DNA of 64,000 nucleotides, taken from Podarcis melisellensis (Eukaryota). A program made the position numbers and the translations under genes. The stretch lies in the NCBI GenBank assembly GCA_964234715.1, contig OZ174278.1, one strand, 5' to 3'. Within the stretch, counting starts at the first letter, position 1. Every line of letters begins with the position of its first letter. A model generated the notes under the pieces. That model ran no database searches and was not told the origin of the DNA. It was given only the letters and a program-made list of their open reading frames with translations. Shown here piece by piece: positions 50,022-61,999 of this stretch.

Positions 50022-53000
50022 GTGTATGTTCTCCTTTCTGAGCAATATTTTCCAAAATAATAGCATTAAAAATGACATTAAGACATTACTTACCATGTAT
50101 GAATGGATCTGTAACATATGGCCCAAGTCATGTGAAGTGGTGCCTGATGGAAGATAGAACAACCCATAATGTTAAGTTCTGGGAGTGATAGCATAACGAG
50201 TAGTCATAACAGATCTTCATCAGTTGCTGTTCATGTTTTGTTTCTTCAAAGCAGAAGCAAGGGATGGAGTCGGAAAGTCAGGTGTCATCTCAACACATCC
50301 AGGGGTGATCTGGAGCCAGAGTTGACAGGTGTCAGCAGATAGAGAAGAAGCAAGGCTGGGTTGAACAGTAATATGGCTCAGGGCAGCAGCAAAGGCAGAC
50401 ACAGATTTAAGCAGCAGCCTATCACAAGGTTTTCTGATATTGTAGGGTTAGATATTTGCTTTTGCTTTCTCTAAGTCAACATTTCGACAGTTTCTGGGGC
50501 AATTAGTTTTCTTCAATCACCTGAGATCAGGGTGGCTAGCTGTGAGCTGCAAGGTAGAGGCAGCTGTTGGCAACTATGTTCCCACTAATCTGAGGATAAA
50601 GAATCAAACATGATGCCTTGGGTATCAGATACAGATCCTTTAATCTCCTTCATGTGGCAGCACAGAGATAGCTTTCCTGAGTTCCAGTGCTAGGAAAGGC
50701 ATTTCAGGTGCTCAACAAGAAAAAAAATCAGGGTAGTGCTATAACATGCTGATTCATTTTCCTTCCTCCTATTCATCAACATTTTCCAGACCAGGGGTGA
50801 ACAACCTTTCTGGGACCATGGGCATATTGGCAAACTGGAGGAACTGTTGCAGGTACCACATGCACCCTGCAACCAAGCAGACAGCTGTTCTATTGACTAC
50901 AAGTGAATGCTTCTTCCGAGTCAAACTTTGGGTAGGGGAGGGAATCATGTAGGCATGAGGGAAGGTCTATGGGACACATGAGCTCGCATGGGCACTATGT
51001 TAGTGAACCCTGCTCCAAACAAACACTGGAAAACAATTGTTTTCATATCAGAGCTGGATTTCCATGTCTGAAGAATTCAGTATTTCCCCTGCTATGTTAC
51101 TGACCTAGTCCCCACCATCAAACAAGTTATCACTGCTAACAGCACTGACTATCTGATAGAATTGAGTTCACAATTTTATATTGCTATCTTTTCCCCTGTA
51201 AATTGTTACTTTATTTCATTTATACCTGGTCTGGGATTGAAATATTGAACGAAGAGTGGTTTATATAGGAAACAACAACAATTCTGATACAATTCTGTAT
51301 AATGGTGAGAATCCCACATGAAAATTGTTTTGTGTGTGTGTAGTGTTAGACTAAGGTTCAAGCTGACAAACCTATTTACTTAGAATAGTTCCTTTAAGCC
51401 CTCAGCAACATATTTTGGAATAAACAATTTTATATTCTGTTATGATTAATAGCTGCAAATATATTATACACTATTTTGATAACAACTGAATTATAAGAAC
51501 ACAAACCAAACAAACTCCAAATTTTCATAACACAAAACATCATAGATAAATAAGGTCTGTATGCCCATGTACAAATATTGGCAACATGACTTGGCATTGG
51601 GCATTGTGTAGTTTCTTACCCATTATTAAAGTATACACAAATATCAAGTTATTTGTTATATTGCTGTATTTATACTTTATATTTTCCTCTTATTTTCTTT
51701 TCTTTTATTGATGTTTGACATTACAAAGTATTCTGAGTTGCACTGTGGCATGCCTACTTTGAAAAAAGTGTTTAGCATGTAATAAAAGAATAGTTTTTAA
51801 GAGTCTGTGTAGGCACACAGCACATATTCCCTTTTCCTGACAGCTGTGCTATAGGTAGATCAATTCCCTCACCATAAACCTTTCATTTTGAAAGCTTGAT
51901 ACAATTCAGTCAAATGAGCAAGCACTATATCTCCTCCCACTGTAATGCTGAAAGAGACCTAACCTTGCTTGAAAACTCTGCATTGAGTATGTCAAATATG
52001 TACATAACGCAGATGCATATTGAGTCAGAAATTAACTGCTTCCTAATCCATATTTCTCACATCCCTTTTGAAAGCTGCACTGACTCACTCATAATAAGCT
52101 ATTTTCTTCCCTAGAATTTGGCCTGGTTGCAGTGCCCTGGGCAGTATTTCAGTGATTCTGGGTATAACTTTCTAATAACTGATTTTAGTTTACATATCTT
52201 CCTAGAACATAGACATTTTTTGTGCTCCTGTGAGGGTTCAGGGTTGAACAGTGCTTCTGTGAAGGTACAATTTGTGTACCATTGTCAAAAGATTGCAAAG
52301 CCATACTAGCGTAGATGCTTTAACTCCTTTTTAAAAGAGGGTTAGGCAAATTCATCATAAGCAGTGCTGGTACAGGCTATTTTGTGCCATAGGCAAGGGT
52401 GACTACTTGCACACCCCCCAATGGTTAACTTCAATTTTCAGAAACAGGGGTCTTGTAGAAATGATACAATATTAATGAAAAGAAAAATATTATCTAAAAA
52501 TTATAGCAAAAAAGAATCTGTATAAAATCATGCTCCGCAAAGGTCAGTACTGTGCCCCTCTGAAGTCTGAGCCTTGGGCAACTGCCTAGTTGGTCTAATG
52601 ATAGCACTGGCTCTGGCTATAAGCAATATCCAGGTTCAGATGTGCCTTGCCTCTGACCACCAACTGCTCAGGAGCAACAGCAGGAGAAGGCTCTTGCCCT
52701 TATATCTTGCCTGTGGGCTTCCCACTGTGCATAACAGGATATTGGATTAGATGCACCTTGGGTGAGTTTCAACAGCATTCCTCTTACGTGTGATTGAAAT
52801 TCTCTGTGGGCTACAGTACTTGCAATTGCTTGATGACAACAGTGCTTTTTGGAATCATAGGCATTGTGGAAACCATAGCAGCCATGTAGTATGGTGGGGT
52901 CAGTTCACCTAACAGTGCTTCTCTGTCAGTGCACCTAATCGTAGTTCCCATCTGTTTCTGAGGCAGAAGCATGGGTTTTGGCCCTGGCAATATACACTTA

Positions 53001-54961
53001 CTAGAAAACAATTGTGTTGTTGTTTATAAGCCAAATTTTGAAACTGACTAATTCCCCCAATGACTGTCAGGTGCCATCTTGACACCAAGGGGCAGTCCAG
53101 AGTCTGAGTTGAAAGGAGTGTGAAGATGGAGAAGAAGCAAGTGTAATTAGGAAATAAAACACCTTCAGTACTCTTCCTTGAACAGATCCTGCTATTCCTC
53201 CTACTCCCCCAAACTGGGGCTATGAGTTATTCTCCTTGAAACCCAGTTTAAGGCTCGGATCACCATTTCTGTAGTGAGGCTGTGGCTCTGCAATAAGGGC
53301 AATAAGAGAAGGCTGGGCTCCTTCCTTTATACCAAGGTTGGCCAGACAAGACAGCTCTGCCTTTTCCAGGTGTTAGTGTTGGGTTTTCTCCTACATTTGG
53401 GGCTCTCTCTGAGCTACATCCCTTTGCCCCAGGCAACATGGACTGTTTCTAAATTCTTTGCTTCAAAATGCTTCAGTGCTTCAAAAGTTAAATCAGCAAT
53501 GCCACTAAGAAGCAAACTCAGAAGGATAGAATTGCATGTTATTTAACAGAGCAGAACAATTTATAGAGCAGCAATATGGACATTCTTTGACAGACTGGGT
53601 GTCTCCATTTAGAATGTAATCCTGCTTAATGTGCCTGCATAATAAGAGCTATAAAATACAGCCAGCCTGCTTCATTGTATCTAGTCTTTAGCGATATTTG
53701 TTTTATTGTTCAGGAACAGTTTACAATGATCACATTCCCATTGTTTCTGGGGAAAGTGTTGAGCCTAAAGAATGTCATGGCAACCTATTCTGCTTAAGGA
53801 GCATAGACACATAATGTCTACTCTAACTATATTTTACAAAACTCAGTAAACTCCTAGAACAATCAGAATACACACACACACACACCAATGAGGTGTTTCA
53901 ATGGGCTTTTGCATTTTCTGCTTCATAATTCAGATGTAAAATCTACACTATATACTGCTATTGTTTATACGGCTTAGTCATATATAAATTGTATATAAAA
54001 CGTTCTAAATAATATAATGTAAATTCAGATGTGCATTATTTATTTATTTTAAGAAACTCTTTATTCCTTTCTGTACCTCTTTAGACAGAATTTGCTAACA
54101 TGTTGATGGTCTACACTTCCCACCGTCCCTGTGTTGGCTTGGGCTGATGGGATTTGGAGTCCAACAACATCTGGAGGTACAAAGTTAACTTTCAATAGAT
54201 GAAGGCTACAGCCCCAAGCATACCTCCTTTCCGTCTTAAATCCTAATGGAATCAATGGGATTAATTTCTGAGTAAATCTGTTTAGGGTGTAAGACATTTG
54301 TGGTGTCAGTTGTGAGACTTATCTGGAATAAGTTCCTAAAATCACACCTGGCACTTTAATTATTTGCAGAAAACATTATCTGGCTTAGTCCAAATGAGAT
54401 GGTAAGCTGGGTACGGTTAAAGTATATAGTCAGCTGAAGAAGAGAAGCTAATACCAGACATGAGAAGCAGGAAAAGCAGGAAAGCATCGGAGGCAGTGCA
54501 GAGGTCTATGAATCAAGAAAGTTGTGTTTAATGTAAAATTTAAAGGGCACACCAACTGCAATACTAAAATTAGAGCAGAGTAGTCAGCTTAAAAAGCACC
54601 TAAAGCAAGGGGGAGGGGAACTACTTTTACACACAAGTTTTTGGTACTACTCTGCCACAGGCACACTTACAATTGGCTCCTCTTTTTCCTTGTGCTTATC
54701 CTTCATTATAACAACATGAGACCACATTTATAAAAATCTAAATTAATATCTATGTAAACAACACTGGTAGCTACAATTCAAAGTGCTAATTTTAACCTTT
54801 ATGAGCCTCAAATGCCTTTTTCCTACAAACAATGGAATTTTCACATAATTAGCATCATCTGCTAAGGTACCTTTTTGCATCTGCCGTCCACACAAAATCA
54901 CAAGAAGACTGCCAATCAAGTCCTCAGCTGTCTATTCTTTTTACAAGTCTATGATCCCACT

Positions 54962-55028
54962 GGCGTGCTCTGGTCCATGGGGTCACGCAGAGTCGGACAC
55001 GACTAAATGACAAAACAACAACAACAAC
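54962..55028 (+). mobile_element. Bov-B 3'-tail-only insertion (~67 bp)
   Basis: ggcgtgctctggtccatggggtcacgcagagtcggacacgactaaa..(caa)n. 11-bp TSD atgatcccact at 54951-54961 and 55029-55039. Confidence 0.9.
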
Positions 55029-55340
55029 ATGATCCCACTACATGTATGGCTAGTGGCTCCAAAGTTAAAATAAACAATGGGCACAAGGGATAGCCATGCC
55101 TTGTCCTTCACTGGAGAACTATATGTTTGAAATCCAAATAATTCTGATTTTGGTTACCAAGTTTTATTTTGTTGACCTGTGTGTGTTTGTTTGTTTAGTT
55201 AGTTAGTTAGGCACTTATGCAATAGTGTGCAGTTGTAAGAGTGACTGAGGATGCTAGGAGAGGGAGAATGAAGTTTCATGCCTGGTGGTGTGAATTTTGC
55301 CACCAACCTTGGATGTGAGAAAGCAGGGGATTGGGTGTCG

Positions 55341-55344
<4 letters not shown>

Positions 55345-55375
<31 letters not shown>
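55345..55375. repeat. (AC)n microsatellite
   Basis: Directly visible. Confidence 0.95.
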
Positions 55376-55377
<2 letters not shown>

Positions 55378-55519
55378 TTATTACAGTGTGAGCTTAATTA
55401 GTATTTTTGCCTCCTAGCTGTTGCCTCCTGTGTGAGAGGCACTGGTTTTTGCCCCAAGGTGAAAGTCTATTGGTGCAAATTGCCCCCCTGGATGCAAGAA
55501 GGTATTGGTGCATCTACAC

Positions 55520-55655
55520 CAGGTATAGGCAAACCCAGGCCTCCAGTTGTTTTGGGACTACAACTCCCATCATCCCTGACCACTGGTCCTGTTAGTTAGG
55601 GATGGTGGGAGTTGTAGTCCCAAAACATCTGGAGGGTTGAGTTTGCCTATGCCTG
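55520..55655. mobile_element. hAT-family MITE
   Basis: Same family as 2792 and 37832. Perfect 8-bp TSD atctacac. Confidence 0.9.
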
Positions 55656-55989
55656 ATCTACACACCAAGGGGAAGCTTGTTTCTTTATTTTTGCTGTGTC
55701 TTTGCCACAGAGCTAACTGTTGTTCCTAATATCATTCAAATTATCAGTTAGCTGGGAGCCTGTACTTATTGTAAATGTGAATGACATGCCCATTAACCTA
55801 ATATACTGTGTCCACGTGTCTTCATTCCCCAAGCGGGGATCGGGTCCTCGAATCACAAGAATGGATTAATGTGAGTTGGTGTGTTAGTGCAGCTGATGCT
55901 GTGAGTGTGGTGTAGATGGTTGCACTCTGTCCCCCTTTCTGGTTTCTTAATCAATCCCGATGCACCTGGCTGCTCTTCCACTGAGCTTC

Positions 55990-56200
55990 CTACTCAGTAG
56001 TGCTGTTGCTCAATGCCAGGTCCATTTGCAACAAGACTGCACTCATTCATAATTTGATCATGGAGGAGCAAGCCAATCTGTCATGCATTACAGAGACCTG
56101 ATTAGATTAGCTGTGTGGGCCAGAATTCACGGAGCTTTACCCAGCTCGGAACTCTGTGCAGCACCAGGCAAGACTTGAGGAATGGTGGTGGTGATGGTGG
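55990..56200 (+). mobile_element. Decayed L2-like LINE, endonuclease region
   Basis: LLLNARSI..KT.LIHNLIMEEQANLSCITET. Homologous to the ~3500 fragment. Confidence 0.55.
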
Positions 56201-56601
56201 GGTTTACTGTGCTGATCTTGAGAGATTATAGCTGCTTGAGGGAATTGGCAAGTATCTCATTGGTAAAGATACCCAATTGGTCAAGATGCTGGGACACTTG
56301 AAATTCACTTATAAAGTCAATTAAATTTCCTGAGTGGGGCTGGGCTACAATTTCATTAGTAAATAAATAAATAAATAAATAAGAATCTTGTATCTGTTTG
56401 GCTATTATGATCTAAGTTTATGCTGACCTTGAATGTGAAGTTAATGTTGGTATCTTCTATGGTTCATCAGGTGTTGGGGTTGTGCAGTACAAGGCCTGTT
56501 ATGATTATGGAGTTGGCAGTGAGGGAATGGAAATAATCCCCCCTCTTAATGTTGGTGGTATAATCCCCCCCCCCAAATTAAATAAATAGTGCCTCCAAAA
56601 T

Positions 56602-56840
56602 GAGGAGTTTGGATTTGATATCCCGCTTTATCACTACCCGAAGGAGTCTCAAAGCAGCTAACATTCTCCTTTCCCTTCCTCCCCCACAACAAACACTCTG
56701 TGAGGTGAGTGGGGCTGAGAGAATTCAGAGAAATGTGACTGGCCCAAGGTCACCCAGCAGCTGCATGTGGAGGAGCGGGGAATCGAACCCAGTTCACCAG
56801 ATTATAAATCCACCACTCTAATCACTACACCACAGTGTTC
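56602..56840 (-). mobile_element. tRNA-derived Squam3-like SINE
   Basis: Homologous to 9229-9512. Box B GGTTCGATTCC on the minus strand. Directly adjoins a CR1-like 3' end. Confidence 0.8.
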
Positions 56841-58474
56841 TGCCTCTGAACACCAGCTGTTGGGAGCTGCAGGTGGGGTGAGATCCATTGTGGTAATGTC
56901 CTGCTTGCGGGCTTTCCAAAGGCATCTGGTGGGCCACTGTGAGAACAGGCTGGTGGTCTAGATAAGCCTTTTGCTACAGAACTCGTCTTATTTTTAACAC
57001 AGTGACAACTCCACTGAAAAGCAAAGGTGACGGCAGCATCTGTGCCAAAGTGAATGAAGAAGCTTCCTGAAAGCTAGGCAAATTTCTGTTGAACAAACAA
57101 ATTTGTGTATAGCTGAAAACAACTCCTAGAGAGCACAGATGGATGGTAATAAAAACACATTGCTATTGATAGGTAAGAAAGAAAGAAAGAAAAGACTAAG
57201 AACCGTAGGTATCTCTATTTGTGTTTAAAATTATGCCTGCAAAAAAAAAAAAACCAATGTGCAATTTAGGTTTAAATATCTCTGCAGGACTAATGACTTA
57301 TTTACCTATTGTTGACTACAGTGTGTCATTGTGATCTTATCACATTTGGAATAATTAGTATCTCAAGTGCCGTTACAAATGCACACCACTGATAAATATA
57401 AAAAGCAATGGGAGCCTTCAGTAGAAAGCAGCAACATTCACAAATAGTGCTATTTCTAAAGCAAGCATAAGATAAGAAAGATGAATATCCATGGGGACAT
57501 TTTCAGCAAGGCACTTAGGAAATTAAACAAATGACTTCTGTTACTTTATAATGTGCTAAAGGAATCTATTCCTGATAATTTTCTTCCTACCTGAGCAATG
57601 TGGACATAATAGATAAGCCTTGCATCTTCTGTATTATGAATCCCTGTGAAAAGGTAGTGAGCATGACCCTGGTGGGTCTATGATATTCTAATATGAGATA
57701 CTCTTAAGGTAAAAAATAATAATAAAATGCAGGCAGAAAATGGGGTGAAATGGTGACTACATCATTTGCTAATGTTACCTTTGCCCCCAAATAGATGGAA
57801 TAACAATGGTGCTTTCAGAATCATTTGTTCAAGGCCAACCTGTCTTTTCTATCCATTCTAAAAAAACTAGTGCTCCATGAATTTGAGTTTGTTCAATTCC
57901 AGCAAGGGATCACAGGAAGACAGTGTTGGAATCAAGCTTTGTCAGAGGAATGTGCTACTCTCCAGGCACCCGGCTGATTTCCTTGTTGACCTCCCCGTCT
58001 GCGACTCCCGGCAGGATACAGGCGAGGTCTCTCTATCGGCGATCCTCCTCAAACGTGAGAAGAACACACCACTCCTTCCCTCTCCTCCCTGCTATCCCCA
58101 GGGAGGGGAAAGAGACAGACAGAAATGTATTTACATGCCTTTATTTCTGTCTTTTGCAGCAGTACAGAGAAACATGTCTGCACTCTCTTAACATCAACAG
58201 AGAGAGATTTAAGACTCCACCCATGTACTTCCAGTACAGGTCAGATGACACACTGAGCTAACATCCGGTGCTCAGTACAGTGAATGGACTGCCCCCTTTT
58301 CCCACGGTACAGCCACAAACATCAACATCCTGTTTGGCTTTCCAGCCACCTGCTGCTCGCTGCATTGCTCCTTTTTCGTAACAGACAGAATGCTCTTCCT
58401 TGAGTGAAAAATATAATAAGGAAATCCAGATAAACATCAGAATCATACAATAGATGTAGACAAGAAAACACTAA

Positions 58475-58479
<5 letters not shown>

Positions 58480-58530
<51 letters not shown>
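58480..58530. repeat. (TTA)n microsatellite
   Basis: Directly visible. Confidence 0.95.
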
Positions 58531-58895
58531 TCCAGCCTCGGCCCAATATACCTGAAGGAGCATCTCCACCCCCATTGTTCTACCCAGTCACTGAGGTCCA
58601 GCACTGAGGGTCTTCTGGCGGTTCCCTCACTGCAAGAAGCAAGGTTACATGGAACCAGGCAGAGGGCCTTCTTGGTTGTGGTGCCTGCCCTATGGAATGC
58701 CCATCAGATGTCAAAGAAAAAATCAATTATCAGATTTTAAGAAGATATCTGAAGGCAGCCTTGTTTAGGGAAGCTTTTAATATTTGATGAATCATTGTAT
58801 TTTAATATTCTGCTGGAAGCTGCCCAGAGCGGCTGGGAAAACCCAGCCAGATGGGCGGGGTATAAATAAATAAATTATTGTTGTTGTTGTTGTTA
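58531..58895 (+). mobile_element. L2-type LINE 3' fragment
   Basis: GPIYLKEHL..RLHGTRQRAFLVVVPALWNA (cf. L2 RAFSVAAPxLWNxLP), then gggcggggtataaataaataaa and a simple-repeat tail. Confidence 0.8.
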
Positions 58896-59398
58896 TAGTT
58901 ATATTTATTATGTATTATTTATTATAATTATTTGAGCAGAACAATAGCCTTCCACCCTGACTCAAAATCTAACTTGTTTGAAAGTCTACTCTCATTTCTA
59001 CCTGGACTTCCCTTTTTCACCCACAGATTGCAATTCTTATACATTCTAATTTACCTTGCTGGTTATTGATCTCTAAATTGTAAGGTTTTAGCACTCTAAC
59101 TTGGTGCTGAACTACTTGGCATCAAGCTACCCAGCTCCTTTGTGAACAGCTAAACTGAAGAGAGGGAGATGGTGACCACTCTTCTTCTGCAAATACTGGT
59201 TCACCTTATGTCATTAAAGCAGAACTGATGATGAGAATGGAAGATGTAGTAGGCAGAGACCTTCAGTGCTGAGAAAGAAATTGCATGAGTTAAGGTGTCA
59301 GAAGAAGATGACACAAAATTTCGTAACACTCACTTGGCCTGAGCTGGAAGCATGGCTTCATATCAGTAGGAAGGAGGGAGAATTTTATTTAGGTGTCT

Positions 59399-59573
59399 AT
59401 TCACCCATTATCTATCCTTAATTAAGTATTCTATGTATATGTTTAAATCTACGTTTGGTTCTAGCTCCTATTTATTTAATAATTATTCGCCTGGATTCAT
59501 ACTGTTATGCTATTTATGTATATGTTTTGCTTATGCTGGTCTATGACCGTAATAAAGTACTTGACTTGACTTG
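59399..59573 (+). mobile_element. Non-LTR retroelement 3' end, family unassigned
   Basis: AT-rich 175 bp ending ctggtctatgaccgtAATAAA followed by (ACTTG)3. 12-bp TSD atttaggtgtct at 59387-59398 and 59574-59585. Confidence 0.75.
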
Positions 59574-61676
59574 ATTTAGGTGTCTGCACTTTATTATCCT
59601 TTGGACTTTGCACTTCCCAAAATTTTGTGATTTAATGGTCAGAAGAAAAAAGGATTTTAGGGTAAAATACTTTTCAAAATGCATACATTCAGATAAAATT
59701 CATTATTCAAGAAATATAAATATGAATTTTCTTACAGACTTTTAAAAATGAAAACTCAAAGCTTAGTGGCAAAATGGGGCAGAATGGACTTATGAGTGAA
59801 CATGTGCAAAATAGACATGGACTAAATAAAGACTGATTCATCCTCCCTATTCCAGGCTAAGCTTGGATACAAAACAAAGAGAAAAGATTCAAGTAGACCC
59901 TAGTTTAAATTAGAGCCCATGCAGATCTTATTCCAGCTGACTAACTCTGCAAATGAGATGTCTGTCTGTTCATCAGAAGAAGAAGCCACCAAAAATTTCC
60001 TCTAATCTTCCAGGAATAGCAAAATTGTGGTTTGTCCTCTCCGCTCCCCCTAAAGTAGACCATTTCTGTTAAGTTATTTCTTTGGGCTGGCCAGTTGTAG
60101 CAGCTCTTCATAAGTAACAGATTTGGAACCATTGGCTATGCCACATGAAACTAGTATCTTCACATTTGTGCTTTGGTATCTTCAAGTATTCTGCATCAGT
60201 CCTGCTTTATTGTAAGTAAATTATGACGTTAAAAAGAGGCTTGCTGAACAAGTAATCAGAGAAGTGTTTTCTTGTGCAGATGGCATCAGAAAACAAGATA
60301 ACATTTTTGAGCACAGAAATAGGTAACTAAAATTGACCTAATAAAGTAATACCTTCAGGAGTGTCCACTGAGCAGAGTTTAATGTCTGGAGTGCAGCAGC
60401 TATAATTTCCCCATCTCTTATCATTAGAGCATGCTGTGACTCCTCACCCCCATATTAATATATTTAGAAAGCATCCACTGGGTGTATAAGTGTGAGAGAG
60501 AAAGAGAGAGAAAGAGTGTGTGTATCAGAATATGATATCACAGTGAGCAGAAGATGTATTTGGAATTGTCCATCCAGAAACTAACTGGTAAGAAAATTAT
60601 TTAATTACTTGTCATCTGATGGCTTAAAATGAACGAAGTTGATTATTGTGGTTTCCTTTATAGCTTTAATTAGATGAGGTTTTTTAAAAAATTTAATATC
60701 ATCTTGGTCTTTTCTTGAGCCTTCCAAAAAAAAGAAACTGTCTAATTCACTTGAATATTAATGTGGAATAATAATGTTTTCTGGGTGGTGATGGAAATAA
60801 TAGTTTAAATATTTAAAATAGTGGGTGATTTGCAATAGGAATGGGCTTAGGGCTGCACACTAGTGAGGATGGGGCCATATCTGAAAAATGGGTGGATCCA
60901 GATTAAACAATCTCAGATGAAAGCAAGTGAAGAATTAGAACAGCATTTTAAAATCCTTTCCATTCCTTTTTAATGTTAAAATTGATATTAGGGCACACAT
61001 CATGACAGGCATTGCAAGCAGGCTCTCAAGGAACATAGGGCAGATACAGAAATATACGCTTCCTAAAATCCTTATTGAATACTTCATTTTGCATTTCTCC
61101 TTCCTTCTTACATTATTTTATTTGTTTCCTTTTATTTGCCTGCCTTCCCTGCTCCTTTCATTACAGTATATTTCTCCTTCAGAGCACAGAGCTGTCATGG
61201 CTGCAGCTGATGCTTTCAGTCTGATGCACTGAATTCAATGGACTGAGTTTGATGTATTGAAAACAGCAGCAGGCAACAATAGAGTGACCTAGGTAGGGTG
61301 CTGAACAGATGCCCTGCTTGTCACTTCTAAGGTCAGAAGAAGGGAGACAACAGCAAAAGCCAGCAAGGAACAACAAGATCAGCATGGAGCTCAGTGGATA
61401 AATGGACCAGAAGTTAAGTTTGGGGGCAGCTGGGAAGTCAGGCTTCTGAGCAGCAGTAAATTAATTGGTGTCAATTGCAGTGGTACTTTTTGTGGAAGAA
61501 GAAGGCATTCAAGCAATGGACTACATGGGACAAGGGCTGTCAGCTGCCAGTGTAATTTACACAGTCATCAATAGTTATCATGGAATGTTTTGCCTCTTTT
61601 CAGAATCACAGGGGACATTTTTTTCCATTCATTCATTAAATAAAACCCATTGACATAGGACACTAAAGTCTTAGGA

Positions 61677-61999
61677 CATGGGTAGGCAAACTAAGGCGGG
61701 GGGCCGGATCCAGCCCAATCTTCTTCTAAATCTGGCCTGCGGATGGTTAGGGAATCAGCATGTTTTTACATGAGTAGAATGTGTCCTTTTATTTAAAATG
61801 CACATCTGGGTTATTTGTGGGGCCTGCCTGGTGTTTTTACATGAGTAGAATGTGTGCTTTTATTTAAAATGCATCTCTGGGTTATTTGTGGGGCATAGGA
61901 ATTCATTCTTTTTTTTCTTTTCCAAAATATAGTCCATCCGCCCCCAAGGTCTGAGGGACAGTGAATCGGCCCCCTGCTGAAAAAGTTTACTGACCCCTG
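61677..61999. mobile_element. Non-autonomous hAT (Charlie/SPIN-like) element with internal ~63-bp direct repeat
   Basis: Termini CATGGGTAGGCAAACT / AGTTTACTGACCCCTG. TSD tcttagga/tcctagga. Internal duplicate at ~61761-61823 and ~61832-61894. Confidence 0.85.

Noticed and set aside
2792-55655. Palindromic ~136-bp repeats as CRISPR repeats or miRNA genes
   Set aside because: They are dispersed and individually flanked by 8-bp TSDs, which identifies them as hAT MITEs in a eukaryotic genome.
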